64,000 bases of DNA from a virus. Shown here in pieces: positions 27,174 to 37,267 of the stretch. The position numbers and the translations under genes were made by a program. The stretch lies in the IMG/VR virus record IMGVR_UViG_3300045988_136773. One strand, written 5' to 3'. The notes under the pieces are model-generated. The model saw nothing but the letters and a program-made list of their open reading frames with translations, searched no databases and had not been told where the DNA came from. The first letter of the stretch is position 1, and the number at the start of each line of letters is the position of its first letter.

Positions 27174-30032
27174 GTGCGAAAATATTTAGATTTAACAGGA
27201 CTTCATTATTTGGTCAATACAACAGTCAATCTATATAATCAACGGTGTGGACTACGGGTAGAAGGTAAGGAATTTACAGTAGCTGGTAATAAAGTTACAG
27301 CTGGTGTAGAGGCTGAAATTTTCAACGACTATAGAGAAAACGGATGTATTGCTACTGGTGTATACTCTCATGCAGAGGGATATGGTACATTAGCATCCGG
27401 TTCGTTTTCTCACTCTGAGGGGCATTCATCTGTTGCATCTGGTGATTTTTCACATGCTGAAGGGAAACAGACAACTGCATCTGGATTTCGTAGTCATTCT
27501 GAGGGAGAGGGTACAAGAGCTGTTGGTCAATGTTCTCATTCTGAAGGTATTGGAACAAGTGCTACTGGTTCGTATTCTCATTCAGAAGGTTGTATGACAG
27601 TAGCAGGGGCAAATCCAGATGACTCTGAAAATACATATGTTCCAAAATCATGTCATGCTGAAGGTAACGGCGGTATAGCCTGCGGAGATTATTCTCATGT
27701 AGAAGGGTATGCCTATCCAATATCAGTTCCTAGTTCGAATTGTTATCGTTCTATAAGTGGTGCAACTGCATCTCATGTTGAAGGCGCAGCAAATGAGACC
27801 TTTGCTCCAGGTTCACATGCAGAAGGCATTGGTAACTCTGTGAAATCTAAAAATGGTGCAAAATACGGAATCCATATAGAGGGCGTAAGAAATTATAGTC
27901 CGAATGAATCTTCTACAGGACAAGCATCACATATAGAGGGAGAATCAAATTACCATTTAGGTGGATACCAAGTGCATCTTGAAGGCGTAAGCAATGCCAC
28001 AGATTCAGATAATGTACATATAGAAGGAAATACATGTAATGTTGCAAGCTCAAAGTGTGCTCATGCTGAGGGTAACGCAAATGTAATTGCAAATTCTGAC
28101 AATGCACATGCTGAGGGGTGTGCAAATAAGATTGGTGTGATGAATCAAGATGCTGGGTGGAAAACAGACGATTCTGGAAATTACATAATGTCCTACACTG
28201 CATTGAAAGATTCTGATGGTAATCCAATTGCAGTAAAATGTTTTGCAACTCATGCGGAAGGTAATAACAACATATGTTTATGTCCTATGTCTCATGCAGA
28301 GGGTGACTCTAACTATTTAGGGAATGGTAGTTGGACTATGCATATTGAAGGCAATTACAATACTGCTACAGCTATTGCTGGTACATCCAGATTTTCTCAT
28401 ATTGAGGGTTGCTCGAACCAGGTGGATTCTGCACAAATTTCGCATGTAGAGGGTAATACAAACGAAGTCGGAAAAGGCATGGTTATAAATGGGACTAGTA
28501 TAAAATCAGGTGTAACTATGTCACATATCGAAGGAAACGTTAACAAGGTTACAGCCGTGGATAGTTGTCACATAGAAGGTTGTGATAACCGAGTTTATTC
28601 TGCTTTTTCTACATCAGTTGGTGGTGCTGGAAATACAGTAACTGGAAATAAAACTTGTGTCTTTGGCGGTAATAACACAGTAAATACTCAATGCAGTTTA
28701 GTGTTTGGCGAATATAATAATTGTACTGGTGGGGATTCATGTGCTGGTGGTGCAGGAATATCAGTAGAAGGATCACGCTCCTTTGGATTTGGCACAGGAC
28801 ATCTTACTGGTGTATCTAACATAGCAAAAACAGCCCCATATTCATTTGTATTCGGTGATACATGTGTCGCATATGGGAGCAATTCATTTATATTCGGACG
28901 ACTTAATACTACAGGTATCGCATCAACTGATGATATTCCAGATCCCACTGAACCATCATATGGAGTAGCAATTGGGGTATTATGTCAGACATATGGAAGT
29001 TATTCTCTCGCATTTGGCAACAGCAATACTGCCAGGGGTGATGGTTCAATAGTTCTAGGTAAGTACAATAAGTCTTACAGCCCATATTCATTTATATTTG
29101 GAGATAGTAATACTACAGGAACACAACCTACAGATGATAATCCTAATCCTTCTGAACCGCCATATTCGATTGCGATAGGTGTCGGACAAATTGTAGAAGG
29201 TTATCATTCATTAGCCTTTGGAATTGGTTCACATATATATAGTAGTGCTTATTATTCATATGCATTAGGTGGTGCAGGTGGACATGCTGTATATTCCCCA
29301 TATTCTTTAGCATTGGGTTGTGGCTGTACTGTGGGCATTGAACCTACTACGGATAATCCATCGCCTAAACAAAATTCACATTGCTATGCAATTGGCTCAG
29401 GTAGCAAAACTTCCGGAAATTTATCATTTTCCTTTGGAGGTGGGTGTAGCACAACTGGGAATTATTCGTTAACTTTTGGAACCGGTTCTTCTAATTCTGG
29501 GAACTGGTCTGTGGCTATTGGGAGTGGTACGAATGTAGAAGCTGATTATAGTTTTGCATTTGGCAATGAAGGTGTCCATATTTATTCAGGTGCAAGTAAT
29601 TCTATTGCACTTATGTCTGGAGCGAAAGTACATTCTAGTGAATCTGTAGCTATCGGTTGTGGTAGTGTAGCTGGGAACAGTGAAAATGATACATCTCAAT
29701 CTTTGGCTCCAGCTTGCTTTACATTTGGTTCTAAATGTATGTCAAGAGGTGGATATGGCTCTCTTGCAACTGGTTATAATACAATTTCGTCATCTAAAGG
29801 TCAATTTGTTACTGGTAAATATAATAAAGAAGATGCAAATAACAAGTACGGTTTCATTTTAGGGAATGGTAATTATGACAGTAGTTCTAAAACAACCACT
29901 CGTTCCAATGCAATTGCAGTTGACTGGCATGGAAAAATCTACGTCAACAATTCCGAAACCGGAGTAGATGTCTTAGATTTACTAAACAGGATTACAGCAC
30001 TAGAAGAAAAAGTAGCTGCATTAACATCTTAA
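27174..30032 (+). CDS. tail fibre with SHxEG 14-aa repeats, YadA-head-like SxAxG repeats and a C-terminal coiled coil
   Basis: 952 aa with about two dozen (S)H-x-EG motifs. The first six have exact 14-aa periodicity. About 16 S-[FLVY]-x-[FIL]-G repeats follow. It ends in 'LDLLNRITALEEKVAALTS'. Confidence 0.7.
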   Translation: MRKYLDLTGLHYLVNTTVNLYNQRCGLRVEGKEFTVAGNKVTAGVEAEIFNDYRENGCIATGVYSHAEGYGTLASGSFSHSEGHSSVASGDFSHAEGKQTTASGFRSHSEGEGTRAVGQCSHSEGIGTSATGSYSHSEGCMTVAGANPDDSENTYVPKSCHAEGNGGIACGDYSHVEGYAYPISVPSSNCYRSISGATASHVEGAANETFAPGSHAEGIGNSVKSKNGAKYGIHIEGVRNYSPNESSTGQASHIEGESNYHLGGYQVHLEGVSNATDSDNVHIEGNTCNVASSKCAHAEGNANVIANSDNAHAEGCANKIGVMNQDAGWKTDDSGNYIMSYTALKDSDGNPIAVKCFATHAEGNNNICLCPMSHAEGDSNYLGNGSWTMHIEGNYNTATAIAGTSRFSHIEGCSNQVDSAQISHVEGNTNEVGKGMVINGTSIKSGVTMSHIEGNVNKVTAVDSCHIEGCDNRVYSAFSTSVGGAGNTVTGNKTCVFGGNNTVNTQCSLVFGEYNNCTGGDSCAGGAGISVEGSRSFGFGTGHLTGVSNIAKTAPYSFVFGDTCVAYGSNSFIFGRLNTTGIASTDDIPDPTEPSYGVAIGVLCQTYGSYSLAFGNSNTARGDGSIVLGKYNKSYSPYSFIFGDSNTTGTQPTDDNPNPSEPPYSIAIGVGQIVEGYHSLAFGIGSHIYSSAYYSYALGGAGGHAVYSPYSLALGCGCTVGIEPTTDNPSPKQNSHCYAIGSGSKTSGNLSFSFGGGCSTTGNYSLTFGTGSSNSGNWSVAIGSGTNVEADYSFAFGNEGVHIYSGASNSIALMSGAKVHSSESVAIGCGSVAGNSENDTSQSLAPACFTFGSKCMSRGGYGSLATGYNTISSSKGQFVTGKYNKEDANNKYGFILGNGNYDSSSKTTTRSNAIAVDWHGKIYVNNSETGVDVLDLLNRITALEEKVAALTS

Positions 30033-30048
30033 ATCGAGGTGATACACA

Positions 30049-31026
30049 TTGTTATTAGCAAGTAAAGATATGGGCGTAAGACATAATGTATCATTTCGAG
30101 TAATTGATCTAGCAACAAACAAAGTAGTGTCTACTCATACAGGACACAATCAAGCAACCAACACACTTCTGACTGGAATTGCAAGCTTTCTGAAAGGCGA
30201 TGGAGTCTTAAATCAAGGAACTCATATGCTGAATAAGTATGTTCCAAGATATATTTCCCTGGGAACAATGGGGCTTATCAATCAAGAAGAAGATGCAGAT
30301 GGATTGCCAGCTGGAATCGGGGAGATTGATGGAGAAGAATCGCAACGATTTGATGACTATATGAATCAAGTTCCGGGATTCGGGGCAGATGGCTATGATG
30401 CAAACCAGAATAACAATCGAACTTATCTAGGAATCGGACCTGCATTTGCAGACAGAGATACTGCACAAGACGAGTCACCAAAAACCATTCGATGCGAACT
30501 TGTATCTCCAACATTCCCTAGGGCTGAAATATCATATCGAACGGTTATTCCTGAAATAAAAGCAGAGCTGCCAGAAACAGTGGATGTCATTTTCAGTGCA
30601 ATGATCTCTACAGGGGCACTTGCACAGTTCAGAGAACCCGGAAAAGACTATGTGTTTATTACGGAAGCCGGATTATGGTCAAAACGAGATTTGCTGAGTA
30701 TGAATCCAGAAAGTCCGTCAGGATATAGCAAAAACAATGGATTGCTTGCAGGATACCGTATTGCACCGCCAGATGAAATAAACTGGGATATGGTTGCAAA
30801 CAACACAGTAACAGAAGAGCAAGCTCAGAAGAATCGAAATATTTTGAAACATGAAATTCTGAAAGTCGGAATCAATCAAGTTGTACAAGTTGTGTGGAAG
30901 ATTCAAATCGGAGCAATCAAACAATTGACTGCGAGTTCTGACCAGATAACTAGTATTACAAATCAAGAAATTGATGACTGTTTCGATGAGTATCTAAACG
31001 GAACACCATGTAAGCATCAATTCTAA
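30049..31026 (+). CDS. tail fibre/receptor-binding-associated protein, paralog A
   Basis: 325 aa. About 65% identical by eye over about 300 aa to the N-terminal part of 31041..32579. Confidence 0.55.
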   Translation: MLLASKDMGVRHNVSFRVIDLATNKVVSTHTGHNQATNTLLTGIASFLKGDGVLNQGTHMLNKYVPRYISLGTMGLINQEEDADGLPAGIGEIDGEESQRFDDYMNQVPGFGADGYDANQNNNRTYLGIGPAFADRDTAQDESPKTIRCELVSPTFPRAEISYRTVIPEIKAELPETVDVIFSAMISTGALAQFREPGKDYVFITEAGLWSKRDLLSMNPESPSGYSKNNGLLAGYRIAPPDEINWDMVANNTVTEEQAQKNRNILKHEILKVGINQVVQVVWKIQIGAIKQLTASSDQITSITNQEIDDCFDEYLNGTPCKHQF

Positions 31027-31040
31027 TACAGAAATGGTAG

Positions 31041-32579
31041 GTGAGATTCAGATTGGACATAACACAAATCTTAAAAGACACCGGAGTTAAGAACAATGTC
31101 ACAATTCGAGTTTTAGAAGCTGGATCTCATAAAGTTGTATCTGAACATGTTGGACATAATCAAGCAACAAATACAATGCTGACAGGTTTAGCTCATTATC
31201 TGATTGGTGATGGTATTTTAAATCAGGGAGCATATATGCTGAACCATTTCATCCCAAGATACATATCTTTGGGAACTATGGGATTGATAAACCAAGAGGA
31301 AGATGCTGACGGATTACCTGCCGGAATTGGTGTAACTGGTGGAACAGAAGAAAAACGATTTACAGAGTACATGGAACAAGTCCCTGGATATGGTGCAGAC
31401 GGGTATGATCCAAATCAAAATAATCACCGTGCATATCTGGGATTAGGTCCAGTGTTTTCAGATCGTGATACATTAGATGATGAAACACCAAAAACAGTTC
31501 GATGCGAATTGATTTCCAATACATTTCCAAGAGCTGAAATATCATACCGTCAAGTTGTTCCAGAAGTAACAGCAGAGTTGGCAGAAACACTCGATGTAGT
31601 TTTTAGCGCAATGATTTCAACAGGAGCATTAGAGCAGTTTCGGGAACCAGGAAAAGACTATGTGTTCATCACAGAATGCGGTTTGTGGACATGTCCTGAT
31701 TGGAATGACAGTGAAAGTAATGGACTTCTGGCAGGGTATCGAATTGTACCACCAAATGAAGAAAACTGGATTATGAAATCCAATTCTGATGTAACACCTG
31801 CACAAGCTGCAAACAATCGTGAACTTCTGAAACATCAAATCTTGAAAGTCAAGAAAAATCAAGTTGTCCAGGTTATCTGGAAAATACAACTTGGTGCAAT
31901 CAAACAGCTTACTGGCTATAATTCATCCGGCAAGCTGGATTTGAATTTGACAAATATCAAAACGAAAGATATTCGATATTATTCTCAGTCGAATGCAATT
32001 CCATTGGATATACAATCTGAAACAACCATATGTGATATTGATTTCACGTTGCCAGAATCAGATAATGCAATCTATGTACAAACTGCATTTCAGGCAATCA
32101 TACTTGCAGATATACTGGTTACTGGCTCAAATCCAAAAATAAAAGTAAAGTACGTTCTGAATGATTCTTATTTAACCACATGGGAAGCGGAACAAACTCT
32201 AACAAACGGTTCTCAGATATTAAATCTAGCACAGCCCTTATATAAGTATGACATCATAAAGAACAATTTGAAAGTGATACTCGCACCTGTAAATTGTACA
32301 TTGTCTGTTCCAGTACGAAAACTGTCTGCCCAGATCAATGCAATCACGGACTGGTCTGGTGAAATCAGAGTTACGGAATCCGGGATGAAACCGATTACAT
32401 TTGATGGAAACAGAAAAATGAACATAAATCCATGTATCGACGAGATTATATTTGCAGGATTCGATAGTCCGACATTATCTGGAATAGGAGACACTGTATC
32501 AATTATCAATATTCCGTCCAGATCGATGACAGTAAACGGCATATCTGGTTCTGTAGATTTTGAACTAAAAGACGAATAG
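31041..32579 (+). CDS. tail fibre/receptor-binding-associated protein, paralog B with unique C-terminal domain
   Basis: 512 aa. The N-terminal 300 aa are paralogous to 30049..31026. The C-terminal about 210 aa are unique. Confidence 0.55.
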   Translation: MRFRLDITQILKDTGVKNNVTIRVLEAGSHKVVSEHVGHNQATNTMLTGLAHYLIGDGILNQGAYMLNHFIPRYISLGTMGLINQEEDADGLPAGIGVTGGTEEKRFTEYMEQVPGYGADGYDPNQNNHRAYLGLGPVFSDRDTLDDETPKTVRCELISNTFPRAEISYRQVVPEVTAELAETLDVVFSAMISTGALEQFREPGKDYVFITECGLWTCPDWNDSESNGLLAGYRIVPPNEENWIMKSNSDVTPAQAANNRELLKHQILKVKKNQVVQVIWKIQLGAIKQLTGYNSSGKLDLNLTNIKTKDIRYYSQSNAIPLDIQSETTICDIDFTLPESDNAIYVQTAFQAIILADILVTGSNPKIKVKYVLNDSYLTTWEAEQTLTNGSQILNLAQPLYKYDIIKNNLKVILAPVNCTLSVPVRKLSAQINAITDWSGEIRVTESGMKPITFDGNRKMNINPCIDEIIFAGFDSPTLSGIGDTVSIINIPSRSMTVNGISGSVDFELKDE

Positions 32580-32594
32580 TAGGTGATGTAAATT

Positions 32595-34007
32595 ATGCCC
32601 TTACAAGGCTATACAAAAATAGAATTGACTGATGTAGAAACAAACAATACAGAAGTCTATGAGAAACACAACATTGTCACAAATGCACTGTCTGAGATAT
32701 TCAGACCAATTGGATATTGGAAAGATTGCAACTCATTACTAAATCGTACAAATCCATGGGTGTCTACATTATGTGGCGGATTGCTTTGTTTTGATAAAAA
32801 CATTCCAGAAGATAAAAATACATTATTTGCACCTGCTGGAACAACTTTGATTGCGTGTGGTGCTCATGGTGAAGTTAATGCTACATCAAATTCAATAAGA
32901 GGAGATAGCAATAAGTTAGAAACTTCAATTAACACTTCAACTAAGGTTGCAAAATTTGTATATGACTTCAAGACATCTCAGGGAAATGGTACGATAAATA
33001 GTGTTTGTCTAACGTCTTATAAAGGTGGATTTCGATCATATAACATGAATTCAAATGCGGATGCTAATTCACAGCATCTGCAAGATTATTCACATTACCG
33101 TATTGGTGCAGTGTATCCATACATTTCTGATATCGGCGACTATGGTACTTGTAAAAATGCAGAACGAACATTTTTAATTGATTCAAAGTCTGGCATAAAA
33201 TATAGTTTACTTTATGACACCGTAGACTATTTGAAAATTATCAAGCGAAACGTATATACAAACAGCATTAGTATCTTTGATTCAGATATAAGTACATCGA
33301 AAACAAGGATATTGTCTAGCACTCAAATAAAATTAAATATTGGTAGACTTTGTGATATCTACCAATGGTGGAGCTATGATGATAGGGTATTATATTTATT
33401 TTTACCAAAAACGTCTAATGATGGATCAGGATCTGTCGCAGCTGGAAAAACCATCAGAATTATAAAACTAAGCTACCCTAATTGGGAAGCTGAATATTTT
33501 GATGTCGAAAATACTACTGATGGTACAATATCATGCGATAGTTGCTGCGTATATAAAAACAATTTATACTTTACAACATCCTATTCTAGTTCAAATATAT
33601 ATTATATACAGCCATACAGGGTGAATATACTAGATTCCTCTGATTACACAAAATTTGCTAAAATACAGCGACAATCTACTGACTATTTGCGTCCGATTAG
33701 TGTTTTCGGCGGGAAAATATTATATTTTGGATTATGCCGCTCCTCTTACTCATACACCTATGATAGTTTTATATTCGACACTGAATTAGGTACAGGATCA
33801 GTTACTGATTGTGCTACAACTTGGGCTAGCGGATATTTAATGAATCCTATTTTAGATGATAATTTTCATTTCTATTCCGGCTATAGCCATTCTGTCATTG
33901 TTCCATCCAACTACCTAGCAACAATAAACAACCTAGAAACACCAATCATCAAAACATCCGATAAGACTATGAAAATTACATACACACTGAAAGAGGTGGA
34001 TTTATAA
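32595..34007 (+). CDS. hypothetical tail fibre-region protein
   Basis: 470-aa ORF with an RBS, the last large gene of the fibre block. Confidence 0.5.
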   Translation: MPLQGYTKIELTDVETNNTEVYEKHNIVTNALSEIFRPIGYWKDCNSLLNRTNPWVSTLCGGLLCFDKNIPEDKNTLFAPAGTTLIACGAHGEVNATSNSIRGDSNKLETSINTSTKVAKFVYDFKTSQGNGTINSVCLTSYKGGFRSYNMNSNADANSQHLQDYSHYRIGAVYPYISDIGDYGTCKNAERTFLIDSKSGIKYSLLYDTVDYLKIIKRNVYTNSISIFDSDISTSKTRILSSTQIKLNIGRLCDIYQWWSYDDRVLYLFLPKTSNDGSGSVAAGKTIRIIKLSYPNWEAEYFDVENTTDGTISCDSCCVYKNNLYFTTSYSSSNIYYIQPYRVNILDSSDYTKFAKIQRQSTDYLRPISVFGGKILYFGLCRSSYSYTYDSFIFDTELGTGSVTDCATTWASGYLMNPILDDNFHFYSGYSHSVIVPSNYLATINNLETPIIKTSDKTMKITYTLKEVDL

Positions 34008-34346
34008 ATGGATGAAATTGTATTCACTACACCTGCACTGTTAGATTTTCTTTCTCAGATAGATGAATTAGGACCGTATCCATTGGAACTACATGAGAAC
34101 GATAACAATATACAAATTGTAATCGGAGATTCCGTCTATAGCATCAATTCAAACCATGCAGATCAGATTCAAGTAAAAACTGACGTTGTACAAGAAGTAT
34201 CTGACATTGCAGATTCCACTTGTGAAACCTTATCTAATTCTGACGACAGCCTAGAACCAATCGAATCCGGAATAATAAAGGAATTTGCAAAGACACTACT
34301 TGTCGGCGGATTAGTTCGACTAACAAACAAAGTTCTAAAGAAATGA
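34008..34346 (+). CDS. hypothetical acidic protein
   Basis: 112 aa. The ATG abuts the upstream stop (TAAATG). Confidence 0.5.
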   Translation: MDEIVFTTPALLDFLSQIDELGPYPLELHENDNNIQIVIGDSVYSINSNHADQIQVKTDVVQEVSDIADSTCETLSNSDDSLEPIESGIIKEFAKTLLVGGLVRLTNKVLKK

Positions 34347-35749
34347 GGGATTTCAGCGTGAACGTACAAATAAAAAATAAATCTGTAAATGCAGATACAG
34401 GCATCCCTACTACGATAATCGGAACATATTCTGGAGAAGTATTAGATGCAAGAATTACAAATAACAACGGCTTAGATATTACTGATGAAGTAATCCATAC
34501 TGTCTTAGAGTCGGATGATTATAAACAGGGTATTGAAAATGGATGGTTCATTGGATTTCTAGGACACCCAGAAGATCCAAATTGTATGGATTTCAAAAAC
34601 GGATGTATCGTCATGACCGATATGTCAATTGACGATAACGGAAAAGTCTATGGTGAATTTAATCTGGTAGGTACACCTGTAGGACAAATTGTAAAGACGT
34701 TTATTGACGCTGGAGTAAAGTTTGGCATTTCCATTCGTGGAGCAGGGGATATTGTCGATAACGCTGTAGATCCTGAAACATTTGTATTCCGTGGATATGA
34801 CTTAGTATCTTTCCCGGCATATCCGGAATCAATCCCAAAGTTTACAGCAATTGCAGCATCTACAAATACAGATGACCGAAAGAAGTATCAATCTGTCTGC
34901 AAGGTGGTTCGGGATAACATTTCTGCAATCACATCCAGTACTGCAATTGACGTAATTCAATCTCAATTTGCAAAACAGTCTGATACATATAAAATGCTTC
35001 AAACACAAAAGGATAAGCTTACTGCATCTACAGAAACCGCATCAGATATAGATCCTGAATTTGCAAAAGAAAAGATTCAAGCAATGACAGATTTATGCAT
35101 TCGCCTTATGGAGTCTACAAAGACACTGTCTCAGGAAAAAGATAAGATGATGCACAATCATGCAAAAGAGACAATCTCTGCAAGCAGAAAGATCAGAACA
35201 TTAAAACGAATTACAAGCAGTCAGATGTGCGATATTATGGGACAGCTCAAATCTGAGCAGTCAGACTATACAGCACTGCAAAAAGAAAATAAACGAATTA
35301 AGACACAGTTATCTGACGTGAAAAAGAAAAACCTTATATATAAACAGAGGGTTGAAGCGAGTGCAGACGAACTTCAAGAAAAGCAAAAGATCATTGCAAG
35401 TCTAAAGTCACAAATGCGTGAAACCGTCACAGCTAGTACAGACTTAGAGACACGCACATCAAACCTTGATGAAACAAATCGAAAGCTACGTTCTGAACTT
35501 CGTACTTGTAAGCAAACTTTGCAGTCATTCCAAGCAGCATATGCAGATATATATGCTTCTGCATTAGGTGTAAATCCAGGTAGTCTTAGTATCACAGCAA
35601 GCACAACTGTAGACGATTTACAGAAAATAGTAAATAGTGCTACAAGCACATCAAACATGGCAACCGCAGATATGGTAGAGCCATTGTATATCATTGATGA
35701 ATGTGATGATACAGACGACTACGAAACAAATGATCTTGTAACAATGTAA
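34343..35749 (+). CDS. putative prohead protease / scaffolding protein
   Basis: 468 aa, immediately upstream of the capsid gene. It has a globular N-terminal domain ('GFLGHPED', 'FGISIRGAGD') and a long Gln/Lys/Glu-rich coiled-coil C-terminal half. LTAST, VTAST and ITAST motifs are present. Confidence 0.5.
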   Translation: MRDFSVNVQIKNKSVNADTGIPTTIIGTYSGEVLDARITNNNGLDITDEVIHTVLESDDYKQGIENGWFIGFLGHPEDPNCMDFKNGCIVMTDMSIDDNGKVYGEFNLVGTPVGQIVKTFIDAGVKFGISIRGAGDIVDNAVDPETFVFRGYDLVSFPAYPESIPKFTAIAASTNTDDRKKYQSVCKVVRDNISAITSSTAIDVIQSQFAKQSDTYKMLQTQKDKLTASTETASDIDPEFAKEKIQAMTDLCIRLMESTKTLSQEKDKMMHNHAKETISASRKIRTLKRITSSQMCDIMGQLKSEQSDYTALQKENKRIKTQLSDVKKKNLIYKQRVEASADELQEKQKIIASLKSQMRETVTASTDLETRTSNLDETNRKLRSELRTCKQTLQSFQAAYADIYASALGVNPGSLSITASTTVDDLQKIVNSATSTSNMATADMVEPLYIIDECDDTDDYETNDLVTM

Positions 35750-35783
35750 TTCCAATATTCCAATTATAGGAGTGAGATAATAC

Positions 35784-37220
35784 ATGACTATTAAGGCAAC
35801 ACATAAGACACCAGCACGGCGTAAGATCACTGCTGGTACAAGCATTACTGCAAATGCACGCACAAAACAAGGTGCAACTCGAAATGCAGCAATGGCAAAG
35901 CTAGATCCACAGCGTAGAGCATTCGCACAGCAGATCATGGCAAACTGCAATCGTATGGGCAAGCGTACATCCATTATGGGTGCAACAAACACCTCTAACA
36001 TTGCAGCACGTCCGGACTTCATGGAGCTCCTGCCGATGTTCGTACAGCAGCTGCTTGTACTGGATGTATTCGGCTCTGTAGCAATGAAATCTCGTCAGCA
36101 ACTGATTCCGTATTTCAAGTTTGTAGCAGAGAACACCAAGGGGGAAACTCAGAGATGTTCTATTCTGTCTACTCCGTTTGTAAACAAACAGGGATTTGAT
36201 CCGAACTTCACTGGTCGAGTAGTAAAGAATGAGATCGTAGAGTCTGCAACTGGTTCTTTCACAACTGGTACTCTGGCATATCTTCCGGTACTGCCGAACT
36301 CTGTAACAATTTCTACCAATCTGGTAGGCGTAACCACTGAGTATACCGATGACGGAGCAGGTTCTATCCTAGACAGCGAGGGTGCATCTAAGGGTTCTAT
36401 CGACTACAGCACTGGTGCAATTAAGTTCACAACTCCGATCACTATCGCAGCTGGTGACACCGTAAAGGCAACTTACCAGTATGATAATGAAACTGTAGGT
36501 CCGAACGCACAGGATGAATATGGTGCACAGATGGCTAAGGGTTATCTGGATCTGGATGAAATCAACCTGGTAGCAGAAGCACACGAACTGGCTTGCTACT
36601 GGTCAATCTACAGTGCATTCGCAGCACAGCAGGAATATGGTGCTAATATTGGCGATATGTCCAAGGACGCAGCATTCTCTGAGCTGACTGCTGAAATCAA
36701 CACTGCTGGTTTCAAGAAGCTGAAGAATGCAGCTGCATACAATCCTGCATATAACTGGGATGCTTCTCCGGTCATGTCTGGTTCTGTTGTACCGTCTGAC
36801 TACATCAATCAGTTTAAGCTGAAGCTGAATCAGGCATCCAACAGCATCTACCAGAGAACCAACCTGGCTAGACCGAACCGTCTGATTGTAGGTACTAACG
36901 TAGAATCTTACCTGCGGATGGTAAACGGATTCTCTTCTGCATCTATTGATGACACTGTAGGTCCGTACAAGTCTGGTAAGCTGGATCAGTTTGAAATCTA
37001 TGTAGATCCGACATATGATCCGAATGAATGGGTAATGTGCTGCAAGTCTAACGACATCCGCAGAAACTCTGCTCTGTTTGGTGAGTACATGCCGTTTACA
37101 AACACTGACGCTATTGGTCTGGCAAACGCATCTGTACAGCAAGGTTACGCTACAATGTACGCTATGGAAATCGTAAATCCGGCTACTATTGCTAGTGGTA
37201 GAATTGTTGGTACTTATTAA
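35784..37220 (+). CDS. major capsid protein
   Basis: 478 aa after the scaffold-like gene. Codon usage shifts strikingly to CTG/CCG/CGT/GGT, typical of a very highly expressed gene. It has a basic N-terminal propeptide-like segment. Confidence 0.7.
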   Translation: MTIKATHKTPARRKITAGTSITANARTKQGATRNAAMAKLDPQRRAFAQQIMANCNRMGKRTSIMGATNTSNIAARPDFMELLPMFVQQLLVLDVFGSVAMKSRQQLIPYFKFVAENTKGETQRCSILSTPFVNKQGFDPNFTGRVVKNEIVESATGSFTTGTLAYLPVLPNSVTISTNLVGVTTEYTDDGAGSILDSEGASKGSIDYSTGAIKFTTPITIAAGDTVKATYQYDNETVGPNAQDEYGAQMAKGYLDLDEINLVAEAHELACYWSIYSAFAAQQEYGANIGDMSKDAAFSELTAEINTAGFKKLKNAAAYNPAYNWDASPVMSGSVVPSDYINQFKLKLNQASNSIYQRTNLARPNRLIVGTNVESYLRMVNGFSSASIDDTVGPYKSGKLDQFEIYVDPTYDPNEWVMCCKSNDIRRNSALFGEYMPFTNTDAIGLANASVQQGYATMYAMEIVNPATIASGRIVGTY

Positions 37221-37267
37221 TCAGACCAATACAGAAAACAGAAAATAACACATGAGGTGATATAGAA

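Noticed and set aside
27174-34007. Diversity-generating retroelement acting on the tail-fibre genes (repeat-rich fibre plus duplicated paralogs).
   Set aside because: No reverse transcriptase ORF (no YxDD-type motif) occurs anywhere in the window. The paralog differences are spread over all nucleotides and are mostly synonymous, not adenine-specific template/variable-repeat differences.
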